Shown one piece after another: positions 1-7,281 of a stretch of DNA of 44,178 bases. A model generated the notes under the pieces. The model saw only the letters and a list, made by a program, of their open reading frames with translations. It made no database searches and was not told the origin of the DNA. Both the position numbers and the translations under genes were made by a program. The first letter of the stretch is position 1, and every line of letters begins with the position of its first letter. This DNA is from a virus, in IMG/VR virus record IMGVR_UViG_3300045988_042256, one strand, 5' to 3'.

Positions 1-45
1 TGAGGGGGTGGTGAGCGTACGCTCGTGAGGGTTCAAGTCCCTCCA
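1..45 (+). repeat. attL core (left copy of the 45-bp direct repeat)
   Basis: 1-45 is identical base for base to 44134-44178. It overlaps the tRNA 3' half and the integrase gene is adjacent. Confidence 0.85.
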
Positions 46-54
46 ACCGCACCA
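1..54 (+). tRNA. 3' portion of a class II (long variable arm) tRNA, probably tRNA-Leu(GAG); the window starts inside the anticodon loop
   Basis: T arm GAGGG-TTCAAGT-CCCTC (27-43). Acceptor 3' strand CAACCGC (44-50), discriminator A51, encoded CCA 52-54. About 15-nt variable arm with GAGC/GCTC stem (12-26). Anticodon-stem 3' half GGTGG (7-11). GAG at 2-4 followed by G fits a Leu anticodon loop. A73 plus the long arm favours Leu over Ser(UGA). The 5' half lies outside the window. Confidence 0.6.
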
Positions 55-64
55 AGCTGATTAA

Positions 65-102
65 ATAAGGGCTTACAGGTAATTCTGTAAGCCCTTATTT
101 TT
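65..102 (+). terminator. Rho-independent terminator after the tRNA 3' end
   Basis: 14-bp perfect stem ATAAGGGCTTACAG (65-78) / CTGTAAGCCCTTAT (85-98), 6-nt loop, then TTTTTG. Confidence 0.6.
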
Positions 103-103
103 G

Positions 104-149
104 TTTGACATCATAAAGTCTTGCGTGGTTTGACATCATTTTGACATCA
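104..149 (+). promoter_or_regulatory. Three direct TTTGACATCA repeats; candidate integrase arm-type binding sites (P' arm)
   Basis: TTTGACATCA at 104-113, 129-138 and 140-149. The 19-mer TGACATCATTTTGACATCA (131-149) recurs identically at 44009-44027 near attR. Confidence 0.5.
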
Positions 150-1220
150 GAATATTTTAGAGATACGTTCCACGATGTCATCTTCCATTTTAGGTGTCAC
201 ATGTGAGTAGGTATCCATCGTTTCTTGGAATGAAGCATGCCCTAGACGTTCCTGTATGGCTTTCATATTGGCCCCATTTTCAATAAGAAGAGTGGCGTGG
301 GTATGTCTAGTACCATGCATGGTAAAAGATGGCTTACCGATTAAATTGGCGTATTTCTTACATAGCTTGCTGACTTCATCAGGACAGCGAGGTCCGCCTT
401 TTATGCCAGGGAATACAAGGTTGTTATTAATCCAGTTCATGGTTTTAATTCTGCGCTTGTCTATGACTGTTTTATGCTTCATGAGTTCCTGGAGTGTTTC
501 TGTATCGATTGCGATTATCCGTTTTGAAGATGTGGTCTTGGTGGTATTGGATATAACTGCAGTAGATCCGATTTTGAGTGCTGTTTGTGAAATGGATATA
601 GTTGATTTCTTGAAATCGATATCCGACCATCGTAAGCCTAATAATTCAGACCGTCTCATACCGGTTGCAAATGCTAATTTAAATAGTGCATGATGTTCTG
701 TATTTGATATATTGGATAAGAAATCTTTTACTTCATCTGCAGATAACGTTACCATATGACGGACTTTAACCTGTTTTGGTCGGTCTATGTTTTTCATATA
801 GTTCTTAGGAATGATGTCATCTTTTACCGCCTGCTCTAATATGGAGCCTAGAATTGTCATGGTGTAGGATATAGTCCTTGATGATAACCCATCCATTGAT
901 TCAAAAACATACCGTAATGTATTAGGTTTAATTTCAGCTAACTTTACGCAGCCGATTTTATCTCTGATATAGCGATTGATAATGCCTGTATAGCTTTGAT
1001 ATGTGGCAGGGGTTATAGTCTTTTCCTTTAGTTGTAACCATATATTAATCCAGGTGTTTAATGAAATAGTATCGTCGAAATTAGCACATGCTTGATTTGT
1101 ATTTATGTATTTCTCCATGGCTTCTATGGCAGCTTTTTTGGTAGTACCATAAAAGTATTTACGCTTACCGTTTATCGTCTTTGATACCTGGTAGCGTCCA
1201 TCGGTCCGTTTTTTAGCCAT
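147..1220 (-). CDS. int: Phage tyrosine integrase
   Basis: The ORF is open to 1283, but ATG 1220 follows an AAGGA SD. Motifs: TGMRRSELLGL (Arg), HGTRHTHAT (His-x-x-Arg), LGHAS, Tyr in DTYSHV. Adjacent to attL. Confidence 0.9.
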   Translation of the reverse strand: MAKKRTDGRYQVSKTINGKRKYFYGTTKKAAIEAMEKYINTNQACANFDDTISLNTWINIWLQLKEKTITPATYQSYTGIINRYIRDKIGCVKLAEIKPNTLRYVFESMDGLSSRTISYTMTILGSILEQAVKDDIIPKNYMKNIDRPKQVKVRHMVTLSADEVKDFLSNISNTEHHALFKLAFATGMRRSELLGLRWSDIDFKKSTISISQTALKIGSTAVISNTTKTTSSKRIIAIDTETLQELMKHKTVIDKRRIKTMNWINNNLVFPGIKGGPRCPDEVSKLCKKYANLIGKPSFTMHGTRHTHATLLIENGANMKAIQERLGHASFQETMDTYSHVTPKMEDDIVERISKIF

Positions 1221-1291
1221 ATCTTCAATCCTTATAATAAACAAAAAAAGATGAGGTCCTGTTCCATAAGAACAAGACCTCATCTTTAGTT

Positions 1292-1335
1292 GCGGCTAAA
1301 CCGCTTATAATGATTTTAGTTTGGGGCTAAACCCC
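1292..1335 (+). repeat. Two similar small hairpins, GCGG-CTAAA-CCGC and GGGG-CTAAA-CCCC, each preceded by TTTAGTT
   Basis: Located at 1292-1304 and 1323-1335, 31 bp apart, in the gap between the MazF-like gene and int. Confidence 0.4.
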
Positions 1336-1399
1336 TTTGTTCTTACATTATAGAATAGATGTTAAAAAAAATCAACAATTTTTGGGCTTTATTACAATT

Positions 1400-2143
1400 T
1401 TACTTTATATTGTATAAGTCTTTCATAACTGCTCGAATTTTATCAGTAGCCTGCCTATCTACTCGCATATTATAAAGCGCATCTTTAGGATATCTAGGGT
1501 TTTGTATGCGTATTTTACTTACCGTCCTTATTTGAGAGACTATAGCGACGGTACCTGCATTTAACCTTGATACTTCTTTCATAATTATATCGTGCTTAGC
1601 AATTAGGCCTTTAGCCTCCTTTAGCTGTTTTTCAAAACGTTTAATATCATTATCTGTTATCGTTTTTGGATCAGTACTTTCGACTTCCTTTATAAAGTCA
1701 CTACATTTGTCCAACATCTTTCCGGACTCATTCAGAAGGACTGTAAATAATTCTGTACCCAAATAAACATCTGATTTATATAAGGTACTAGGGCTCTCTT
1801 TATTAGGCTTTAAAGACCTTAGAGGGACGACAGTGACTGTGCTGCTTTTAGTATTACTTGGTGCCAGTACTATAGCATAATGCAGACCACCAAATTCAGA
1901 ACCTATCCCAAATCCGAAGTCTACTTTAACTATGTCACCAGGTCTAAATTGCGGAAAATACTTCGGGTCAAAAGTATCTTCTTGTTTTATATATCTTAAA
2001 TAATTACGCAGCCAATAATAGAGCAGGGCCGCCTTGTGTTGGTCTGAATCCAGTATATTTTTTAAAAATGTACTTATGTTATTTGCAAGCTCCGCTATTT
2101 TCGATGTTAAAGCACCTTTGTTTTCTGGCTTTTTTAGATCCAT
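1400..2143 (-). CDS. PemK/MazF-like fold protein with an N-terminal extension and a long charged insert
   Basis: SD AAGGAGG. GDIVKVDFGFGIGSEFGGLHYAIVL..TVTVVPL and GTVAIVSQIRTVSKIRI resemble the two halves of the MazF/PemK barrel (GDI-x-VDF, and Q-x-R-x-x-D/S-x-x-R). A Lys/Glu-rich helical segment separates the two halves. Confidence 0.5.
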   Translation of the reverse strand: MDLKKPENKGALTSKIAELANNISTFLKNILDSDQHKAALLYYWLRNYLRYIKQEDTFDPKYFPQFRPGDIVKVDFGFGIGSEFGGLHYAIVLAPSNTKSSTVTVVPLRSLKPNKESPSTLYKSDVYLGTELFTVLLNESGKMLDKCSDFIKEVESTDPKTITDNDIKRFEKQLKEAKGLIAKHDIIMKEVSRLNAGTVAIVSQIRTVSKIRIQNPRYPKDALYNMRVDRQATDKIRAVMKDLYNIK

Positions 2144-2167
2144 TTAGAACCTCCTTTGTTATTAGTT

Positions 2168-2737
2168 TTATATCCCCAAAATCCCTCTAATGATGCTACG
2201 GTTACGTTCGTGTTTAGCTTTTCGTTCTGCTTCTTTTTGTTGTGCAATTCTAGCTTCCTGTTGTGCCTTTTCTAGCTGAGCTTTTTCTTCAGCACGTGCC
2301 TGTGCTTCATTTGCTTGTTGTTTTTTGTAGTCTGCTAATTTAGCATCACGACCGACTAACCCTTTTACAGAAGCAATGAGTGCTTCATCACCCATGCCCG
2401 GTGCAGCAACATGATTTTGACCATTGAAATTTTGATTCCTCTTTATTTCATCGGATCCATTTATATAAGTATTCCTATCGAATACATCTAATGAATTATT
2501 TGAAAAATGAATCTTATACGAAATTAAATCTTGAATTCCTGTAGTTCGTATCCATACAGCCCACGCTTTAGCAGTATCAGTAGATGGGTCATAAGACAAT
2601 GTATTCAAATCGACTTTCCCTGTGTAGTCAGAATTGGAATAGAACCACTGCCAACGTGCATCATTGAATTCCTTTGCAGATGCAACGGAAACACTCATTG
2701 TGGTAACTAGTGCAGCTAATACTAACAATTTTTTCAT
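2168..2737 (-). CDS. Secreted protein of unknown function with a Lys/Glu/Gln/Ala-rich C-terminal tail
   Basis: SD GGGAGA. Sec signal MKKLLVLAALVTTMSVSVASA with an ASA cleavage motif and no lipobox Cys. The C-terminus is QQANEAQARAEEKAQLEKAQQEARIAQQKEAERKAK. Confidence 0.6.
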   Translation of the reverse strand: MKKLLVLAALVTTMSVSVASAKEFNDARWQWFYSNSDYTGKVDLNTLSYDPSTDTAKAWAVWIRTTGIQDLISYKIHFSNNSLDVFDRNTYINGSDEIKRNQNFNGQNHVAAPGMGDEALIASVKGLVGRDAKLADYKKQQANEAQARAEEKAQLEKAQQEARIAQQKEAERKAKHERNRSIIRGILGI

Positions 2738-2754
2738 TTTAAAATCTCCCTGTG

Positions 2755-3030
2755 TTAAATAATATGATGATAAAAGTCGATTCCGTTAATGTCTCCATCT
2801 TCAATCTGAGACATTCTAACCATACGTTCGACTAAATTAACGTGATGATCTACATAAAAGTCATCACGAATAATATGACTTAACTCATGCTTTATTTCCT
2901 CCCTCATGCGTTCATGGGGGAGGTTTTTATTAATGTAGATATTATGAGTGTCTACATCTTCTGACTCCTCAGAAACTGCTTTGGCATTTGGTAAGTCACA
3001 ATAGATAAGGTTAATAACCAATACTACCAC
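2755..3030 (-). CDS. Short ImmA/IrrE-like zinc metallopeptidase (putative anti-repressor protease)
   Basis: HEXXH motif in EIKHELSHII. Lies immediately downstream of, and cotranscribed with, the XRE repressor, as in ImmR/ImmA pairs. Only 91 aa. Confidence 0.55.
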   Translation of the reverse strand: MVVLVINLIYCDLPNAKAVSEESEDVDTHNIYINKNLPHERMREEIKHELSHIIRDDFYVDHHVNLVERMVRMSQIEDGDINGIDFYHHII

Positions 3031-3045
3031 TCTCCCTTGTGTGTA

Positions 3046-3411
3046 TTACTTATGTTTAGATTTTAAGAACTCTATGTATTTGACTGTTTCTTCCATCTCC
3101 TCTTTAGTGATATCTTTAGCAGCAGAGAAGAGCATACGAGCCCCTGGACGTGTGCGTAGGTACTCGGCGAACTCGGCGGCTTCTCGGTCTGTGTAGTAGC
3201 CTTCGGTATATGGCTCCCCTATATTAGCCAAATCGTCTGCAGTAATACCAAGCCCATTACAAATTTTAATAATTTTATCGATTGCAGCACCACCTACGTT
3301 TTTCAATATGGAGTGTAATGTGGTGTAAGGCATGTCAATTTTTTGAGCAAAGTCCTTTACTGTGCCGGAATCTTCAAGTATAAGTTGCTTTAAATATTCT
3401 TCTCTAGTCAT
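3046..3411 (-). CDS. XRE-family HTH lysogeny repressor (CI/ImmR-like)
   Basis: N-terminal HTH TVKDFAQKIDMPYTTLHSILKN. Divergent from a Cro-like gene across an operator-rich gap. Confidence 0.8.
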   Translation of the reverse strand: MTREEYLKQLILEDSGTVKDFAQKIDMPYTTLHSILKNVGGAAIDKIIKICNGLGITADDLANIGEPYTEGYYTDREAAEFAEYLRTRPGARMLFSAAKDITKEEMEETVKYIEFLKSKHK

Positions 3412-3442
3412 AGTGTGTTACTCCTATTTAAAACTTACATAT

Positions 3443-3591
3443 ATAATAGCATACAAAAATACGAAATTTCAATATATAAATACGAAATAACATATTTAAA
3501 TTACCGTTAAACGTATTTAAACGAAAGTTTATTAGACAGATACGAAATCTCGTATTATACTACAGACATAAGGTAATACGAAATATCGAAT
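3443..3591. promoter_or_regulatory. Lysis-lysogeny switch: repeated ATACGAAAT operator motifs with candidate divergent promoters
   Basis: ATACGAAAT at 3459-3467, 3480-3488, 3540-3548 and 3576-3584. The copy at 3540-3555 forms the palindrome ATACGA-AATC-TCGTAT. Rightward candidate promoter: TTAGAC (3532-3537), 18-nt spacer, TATACT (3556-3561), with that palindrome in the spacer. Leftward candidate promoter: TTGAAA (rc of 3467-3472), 18-nt spacer, TATTAT (rc of 3443-3448). Confidence 0.6.
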
Positions 3592-3635
3592 TGCCAATAC
3601 AATTTTTAATATTACATCAGAAACGAGGTGAGAAT

Positions 3636-3833
3636 ATGTATCCTAACTTAAATGCAGAGTTGGCAAGAAAAGGCTGGTCTAAAAAGATGCTCGCTGAAAA
3701 ATTAGGCGCGAGATACGCAACAATTTTAGATAAGTTAAATGGAAAGTACCCTTTGACATTAAACGAATGTAAAGACGTGCAGGAAGCTTTGCAAACAGAT
3801 ATGCCGATTGATGAACTTTTTTTTACCTCCTAA
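3636..3833 (+). CDS. Cro-like XRE HTH protein
   Basis: ATG 3636 behind SD GAGGTGA. The track ORF begins at TTG 3591 without an SD. HTH WSKKMLAEKLGARYATILDKLNG. Confidence 0.75.
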   Translation: MYPNLNAELARKGWSKKMLAEKLGARYATILDKLNGKYPLTLNECKDVQEALQTDMPIDELFFTS

Positions 3834-3849
3834 ATACGAAATTTAGTAT
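3834..3849. promoter_or_regulatory. Fifth operator-like near-palindrome, ATACGAAATTTAGTAT
   Basis: Same ATACGAAAT half-site as in the switch region, placed between the cro-like gene and the next HTH gene. Confidence 0.45.
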
Positions 3850-3876
3850 TAGCACAAGAAATAGGAGGCCAGTATT

Positions 3877-4125
3877 ATGAAAGAATTCGTAATCAGAATG
3901 TTCGGCGAATCCATTACGGAGCGCATGAACGAGCTAGGCATGACTAAGACGGCGCTGATCAAAGAAGCTGAAATCTCGATGGATACATTGAACCGAGCTA
4001 TCAAAGGACGGTCAGTACAAATGTCGACAGTCGTTGGTATCTGCTATGCGTTGTGTGTCGATGATTCTGAAAGTCATGACTTTTGGGAAATCGATTACTA
4101 CAACCCTAAATTAGATAGGAGGTAG
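3877..4125 (+). CDS. Second HTH (XRE-like) DNA-binding protein
   Basis: SD AGGAGG. HTH MTKTALIKEAEISMDTLNRAIKG. Confidence 0.6.
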   Translation: MKEFVIRMFGESITERMNELGMTKTALIKEAEISMDTLNRAIKGRSVQMSTVVGICYALCVDDSESHDFWEIDYYNPKLDRR

Positions 4126-4127
4126 CT

Positions 4128-4250
4128 ATGAATAAAGAATCATTCTATGAATTATGTTCGATATGCTTATGGATTTTAGCAATAGGTATATCCTCTAGCA
4201 TAAGCATATTCATCTTAATATGGATGTTCCGATTGGCATGTGGTTGGTAG
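4128..4250 (+). CDS. 40-aa hydrophobic small membrane peptide (not in the ORF track)
   Basis: ATG 4128 behind a strong SD AGGAGG. Sequence MNKESFYELCSICLWILAIGISSSISIFILIWMFRLACGW, stop TAG 4248-4250. Confidence 0.5.
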   Translation: MNKESFYELCSICLWILAIGISSSISIFILIWMFRLACGW

Positions 4251-4259
4251 GAGTAAGTT

Positions 4260-4454
4260 ATGAATAAGATGTGTATCACAGTAGCGGAAGCTGCAGAACT
4301 TGCTAGCGTACCGGAAACTGTAATCCGAGAATGGGCGCAAGATTTTGACTTCCCGTCCATGAAAATCGGTAAGCGTGGGGGTAAACGCCTTATCCACGTT
4401 GATTCATTTAATGCTTGGCTTGCTAAACGATGCCAGGCACGAATAGGAGAGTAA
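4260..4454 (+). CDS. Excisionase/MerR-like small HTH DNA-binding protein (Xis candidate)
   Basis: ITVAEAAELASVPETVIREWAQ...MKIGKRGGKRLIHVDSFNAWL fits the Xis/AlpA-type winged-HTH pattern. Confidence 0.55.
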   Translation: MNKMCITVAEAAELASVPETVIREWAQDFDFPSMKIGKRGGKRLIHVDSFNAWLAKRCQARIGE

Positions 4455-4456
4455 AC

Positions 4457-4660
4457 ATGATTAAAGTAGTTTATGCACTTCGCATTATAGCAGCTGTATT
4501 AGCTGTCGGTGCCATGGGTAGCCTACAACTTGATGTAATCGACTTTTGGACATGGTTTTGTCAAACCATGTTAGGTGTTACACTTTGGATTTTAGCTGGA
4601 TATTGGCTCGATGATATCCACGAATTAGAAAAAGAAAAAAGTCCGCTGGTGAAAAGTTAG
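4457..4660 (+). CDS. Small membrane protein with two predicted TM segments
   Basis: ATG 4457 behind SD AGGAGAG. Hydrophobic stretches IIAAVLAVGAMGSL and TMLGVTLWILAGYW. Confidence 0.55.
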   Translation: MIKVVYALRIIAAVLAVGAMGSLQLDVIDFWTWFCQTMLGVTLWILAGYWLDDIHELEKEKSPLVKS

Positions 4661-4740
4661 AAGAAGTTTCAGCGGACTTGGTAGAGTGATGATCTAATAA
4701 CACTCTACCTGTATTTTACAAAATATAGGAGATTAAAACA

Positions 4741-6279
4741 ATGAACAAAATGAACGTAAACAAAAAAACAGTATTGGCTTTAGGTATCGCAGCATTAGCA
4801 GTAAATGTAGCAAGTGCAAATAATAACACATTAGGTGGAACAGATAACACAATCACACCAGCATCTCATAGTAGTGCAGTATTTGGCTATCAAAATACAA
4901 TCGACGCTAATAATGCGTTAGCGTTTGGTACTAACAATACTGTAACTGGTGAAAATGGTTTCGCAGGTGGTAATAACGCTACTGCAGCAGGTCGTAACTC
5001 CTTCGCGTTCGGTTCTCATGCCGAAAGTTTGGTGGAGTACACGGTAGCCATCGGCAATCAAGCCCGTGTGTCTAGCTACGACAGTGTAGCTATTGGCAAC
5101 GGTGCATTTGTATCCGGTGAATCCAGTGTAGTACTTGGCCGTACTAATAACGTAACTGGTGAAAACTCCGTGGCAATCGGGGCTAACAATGGCACAGTAG
5201 CAGGTGGCCAGTCAGCAGTAGTTGGCTATAACAACAAAATTGGTTCCCAAAAGGAACAATTAGTGTTCGGGTCTAATTCCGAATCTAATGGTCAGGGTGC
5301 TCTTACATTTGGCACTCATGCCAAATCCTTAGCCACTGACGCCGTTGCATTCGGTAACAATACGATTGCTGATAAAGCAAATTCTGTAGCAATCGGTACT
5401 AACAGCGTTACAGATAGCGCCGTTGGAGTTGACGGCATCACGATTAATGGCACTCGCCATATCTTTGCCGGCGAACAACCGGCAAGCGTAGTAAGTTTTG
5501 GTTCTAAAGCCCGTGCTGGCGCAGGCGGAGTAACTCAATACAACCGTCAATTAACTAATGTTAGCGCCGGTCAAATCTCTGCGGACTCTTTAGACGCCAT
5601 TAATGGCTCTCAACTTTACGCTGTAGTAGATGAAGTTGAGGCTAATGCTAAACAAATTAACAAAAACAAGCAAAACATTAAAGACGTAGCAATCGGATTA
5701 AACATGTTAGGCGATGTAGTGAACGATCACGAACAAGCTATCGCTGGCAATACTACTGCAATTACTAACAATACTAACCGCATCAATGGCAATACATCTG
5801 CTATTACTTCCCTTGGCCAAAAGGTAACTGCTAATACAGCTGATATCCGTGTACTTGAAAAGGTAGCGGATAACCACGAAGGGCGCATTACTGATTTGGA
5901 ACATCGTTCTTTGGGCTTAGCTAATGATATTAACAACAAAGTCAACAATCTTGGCCAACGTGTTAATAAGTTAGGCGCAAGCTCCGCAGCACTTGCAGGT
6001 CTACACCCCCTTGAATATAACAAGAATGACAAAGGTAGTTTTGCTATTAGCTATGGTCATTACCGTAACGCTAACGCAATCGCACTTGGCGCATTCTATA
6101 GCCCTAACGAAAAAGTACGCTTAGGATTCGGCATCACTTTAGGTGGTGAAACTCAATTCAATATTAATGCTGCATTCCGTACCGGTAGAGGTTCTGAATA
6201 TGAACCACAAGCTAAGAATGGTGAACTCGAACAACTTCGCCAGGAAGTAGAAACACTTAAAGCGTTAGTTAATAAATAA
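4741..6279 (+). CDS. YadA-like trimeric autotransporter adhesin (moron)
   Basis: Signal peptide ending VNVASA. Head repeats of the NSVAIG/GxNS type. Stalk with INxN repeats. C-terminal anchor SSAALAGLHPLEY...GFGITLGGETQFNINAAFRTG, followed by about 30 extra coiled-coil residues (ELEQLRQEVETLKALVNK). Confidence 0.85.
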   Translation: MNKMNVNKKTVLALGIAALAVNVASANNNTLGGTDNTITPASHSSAVFGYQNTIDANNALAFGTNNTVTGENGFAGGNNATAAGRNSFAFGSHAESLVEYTVAIGNQARVSSYDSVAIGNGAFVSGESSVVLGRTNNVTGENSVAIGANNGTVAGGQSAVVGYNNKIGSQKEQLVFGSNSESNGQGALTFGTHAKSLATDAVAFGNNTIADKANSVAIGTNSVTDSAVGVDGITINGTRHIFAGEQPASVVSFGSKARAGAGGVTQYNRQLTNVSAGQISADSLDAINGSQLYAVVDEVEANAKQINKNKQNIKDVAIGLNMLGDVVNDHEQAIAGNTTAITNNTNRINGNTSAITSLGQKVTANTADIRVLEKVADNHEGRITDLEHRSLGLANDINNKVNNLGQRVNKLGASSAALAGLHPLEYNKNDKGSFAISYGHYRNANAIALGAFYSPNEKVRLGFGITLGGETQFNINAAFRTGRGSEYEPQAKNGELEQLRQEVETLKALVNK

Positions 6280-6289
6280 GGAGGTTACT

Positions 6290-6679
6290 ATGCAGGAATT
6301 AACACATAAAAAGGTGATGCCCACGATTAATACATTTGACTTTGATTTCTTTGCTGACAACAAAGGTAAAAGAAATGCAGCTCAAAAAGTAGCAATTATT
6401 ACAACTAATAGTTACATTAAACTTTCGCTAGCTGCATATAGAAAACTAAATGGACCTGAGTATTTTAGAGTTGGGATAGATATTGATAATAAAGCAATTT
6501 GTGTAGCACCAGCGTTATCTACAGAGACTTATATATTTAAGCCAACAGCAACACAAATCGAAAGAAATACTATTTATATATCTAAAAGTCGCAGTGTAAT
6601 CAAAAGGCTTCGTGAACTTGGCATTCCAAAGATTGTAGAAGGTCGCTTAGTTGATGATGAATTACTGTTTAAATTCTAA
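6290..6679 (+). CDS. Hypothetical early protein
   Basis: SD AAGGAGG. No motif recognised. Confidence 0.5.
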   Translation: MQELTHKKVMPTINTFDFDFFADNKGKRNAAQKVAIITTNSYIKLSLAAYRKLNGPEYFRVGIDIDNKAICVAPALSTETYIFKPTATQIERNTIYISKSRSVIKRLRELGIPKIVEGRLVDDELLFKF

Positions 6680-6692
6680 AGGAGAAACTATC

Positions 6693-7280
6693 ATGGAAAA
6701 TCAAAATATCTTAACTATTAAATTCAACACATTAGACGATCTAGCAGTGCAAGTGGCGGATTGGAACGAACGATTAAATCATCAGTGCTGCGGTAATTGC
6801 TCTAATGTTGAAGCGCCTACAGTAACAGTTGGCGAGACTATCGATATTGAAGTAGCGGCGTCTGAAGTTGCAGGAAAAGTAGCTACAAAACAACAGCCTG
6901 AACCTGTTGAAGTTGAGCCAGCGCAAAAGGATGTTCCTGTAACCGATTTTGAAGGTAAGTCAGTAACAAATAAGAAAGAAGAAAAGGTTGAACGGGTAGA
7001 AGAACCTGTAGCAGAACCTGCTCCTGTTGAAACCCCGACTGACGAATCAACTACAACAGAAACACCGGAACAGGATGCAGCATTAGATGTAACTGCTGAA
7101 CCTGTAGATAAAAAAGCCTTTTATGGTGAAATTCGTAATTGGATGGGCACAGATAAGGTTCGCGCCGGTAAAGTTCTTACAGTGTTTAAAAAACATGGCA
7201 TCGTAGGGAAAATTTCTAGTGATGCTTTGACTGATGATATCATCACTGATTTGAAAACAGTAATGGCAGGGGAGGAATAA
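6693..7280 (+). CDS. Hypothetical acidic Pro/Glu/Val-rich protein
   Basis: ATG 6693 behind SD AAAGGAG. Central low-complexity acidic segment (EPVEVEPAQKDVPV, EPVAEPAPVETP). Confidence 0.5.
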   Translation: MENQNILTIKFNTLDDLAVQVADWNERLNHQCCGNCSNVEAPTVTVGETIDIEVAASEVAGKVATKQQPEPVEVEPAQKDVPVTDFEGKSVTNKKEEKVERVEEPVAEPAPVETPTDESTTTETPEQDAALDVTAEPVDKKAFYGEIRNWMGTDKVRAGKVLTVFKKHGIVGKISSDALTDDIITDLKTVMAGEE

Positions 7281-7281
7281 T

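Noticed and set aside
256-693. 145-aa plus-strand ORF inside the integrase gene
   Set aside because: It lies antisense to a gene with clear tyrosine-recombinase motifs. It has no SD and an implausible composition.
4145-4397. Two overlapping minus-strand ORFs (4145-4360, 4215-4397)
   Set aside because: They overlap plus-strand genes that have strong SDs (4128 and 4260), lack SDs of their own, and conflict with the operon direction.
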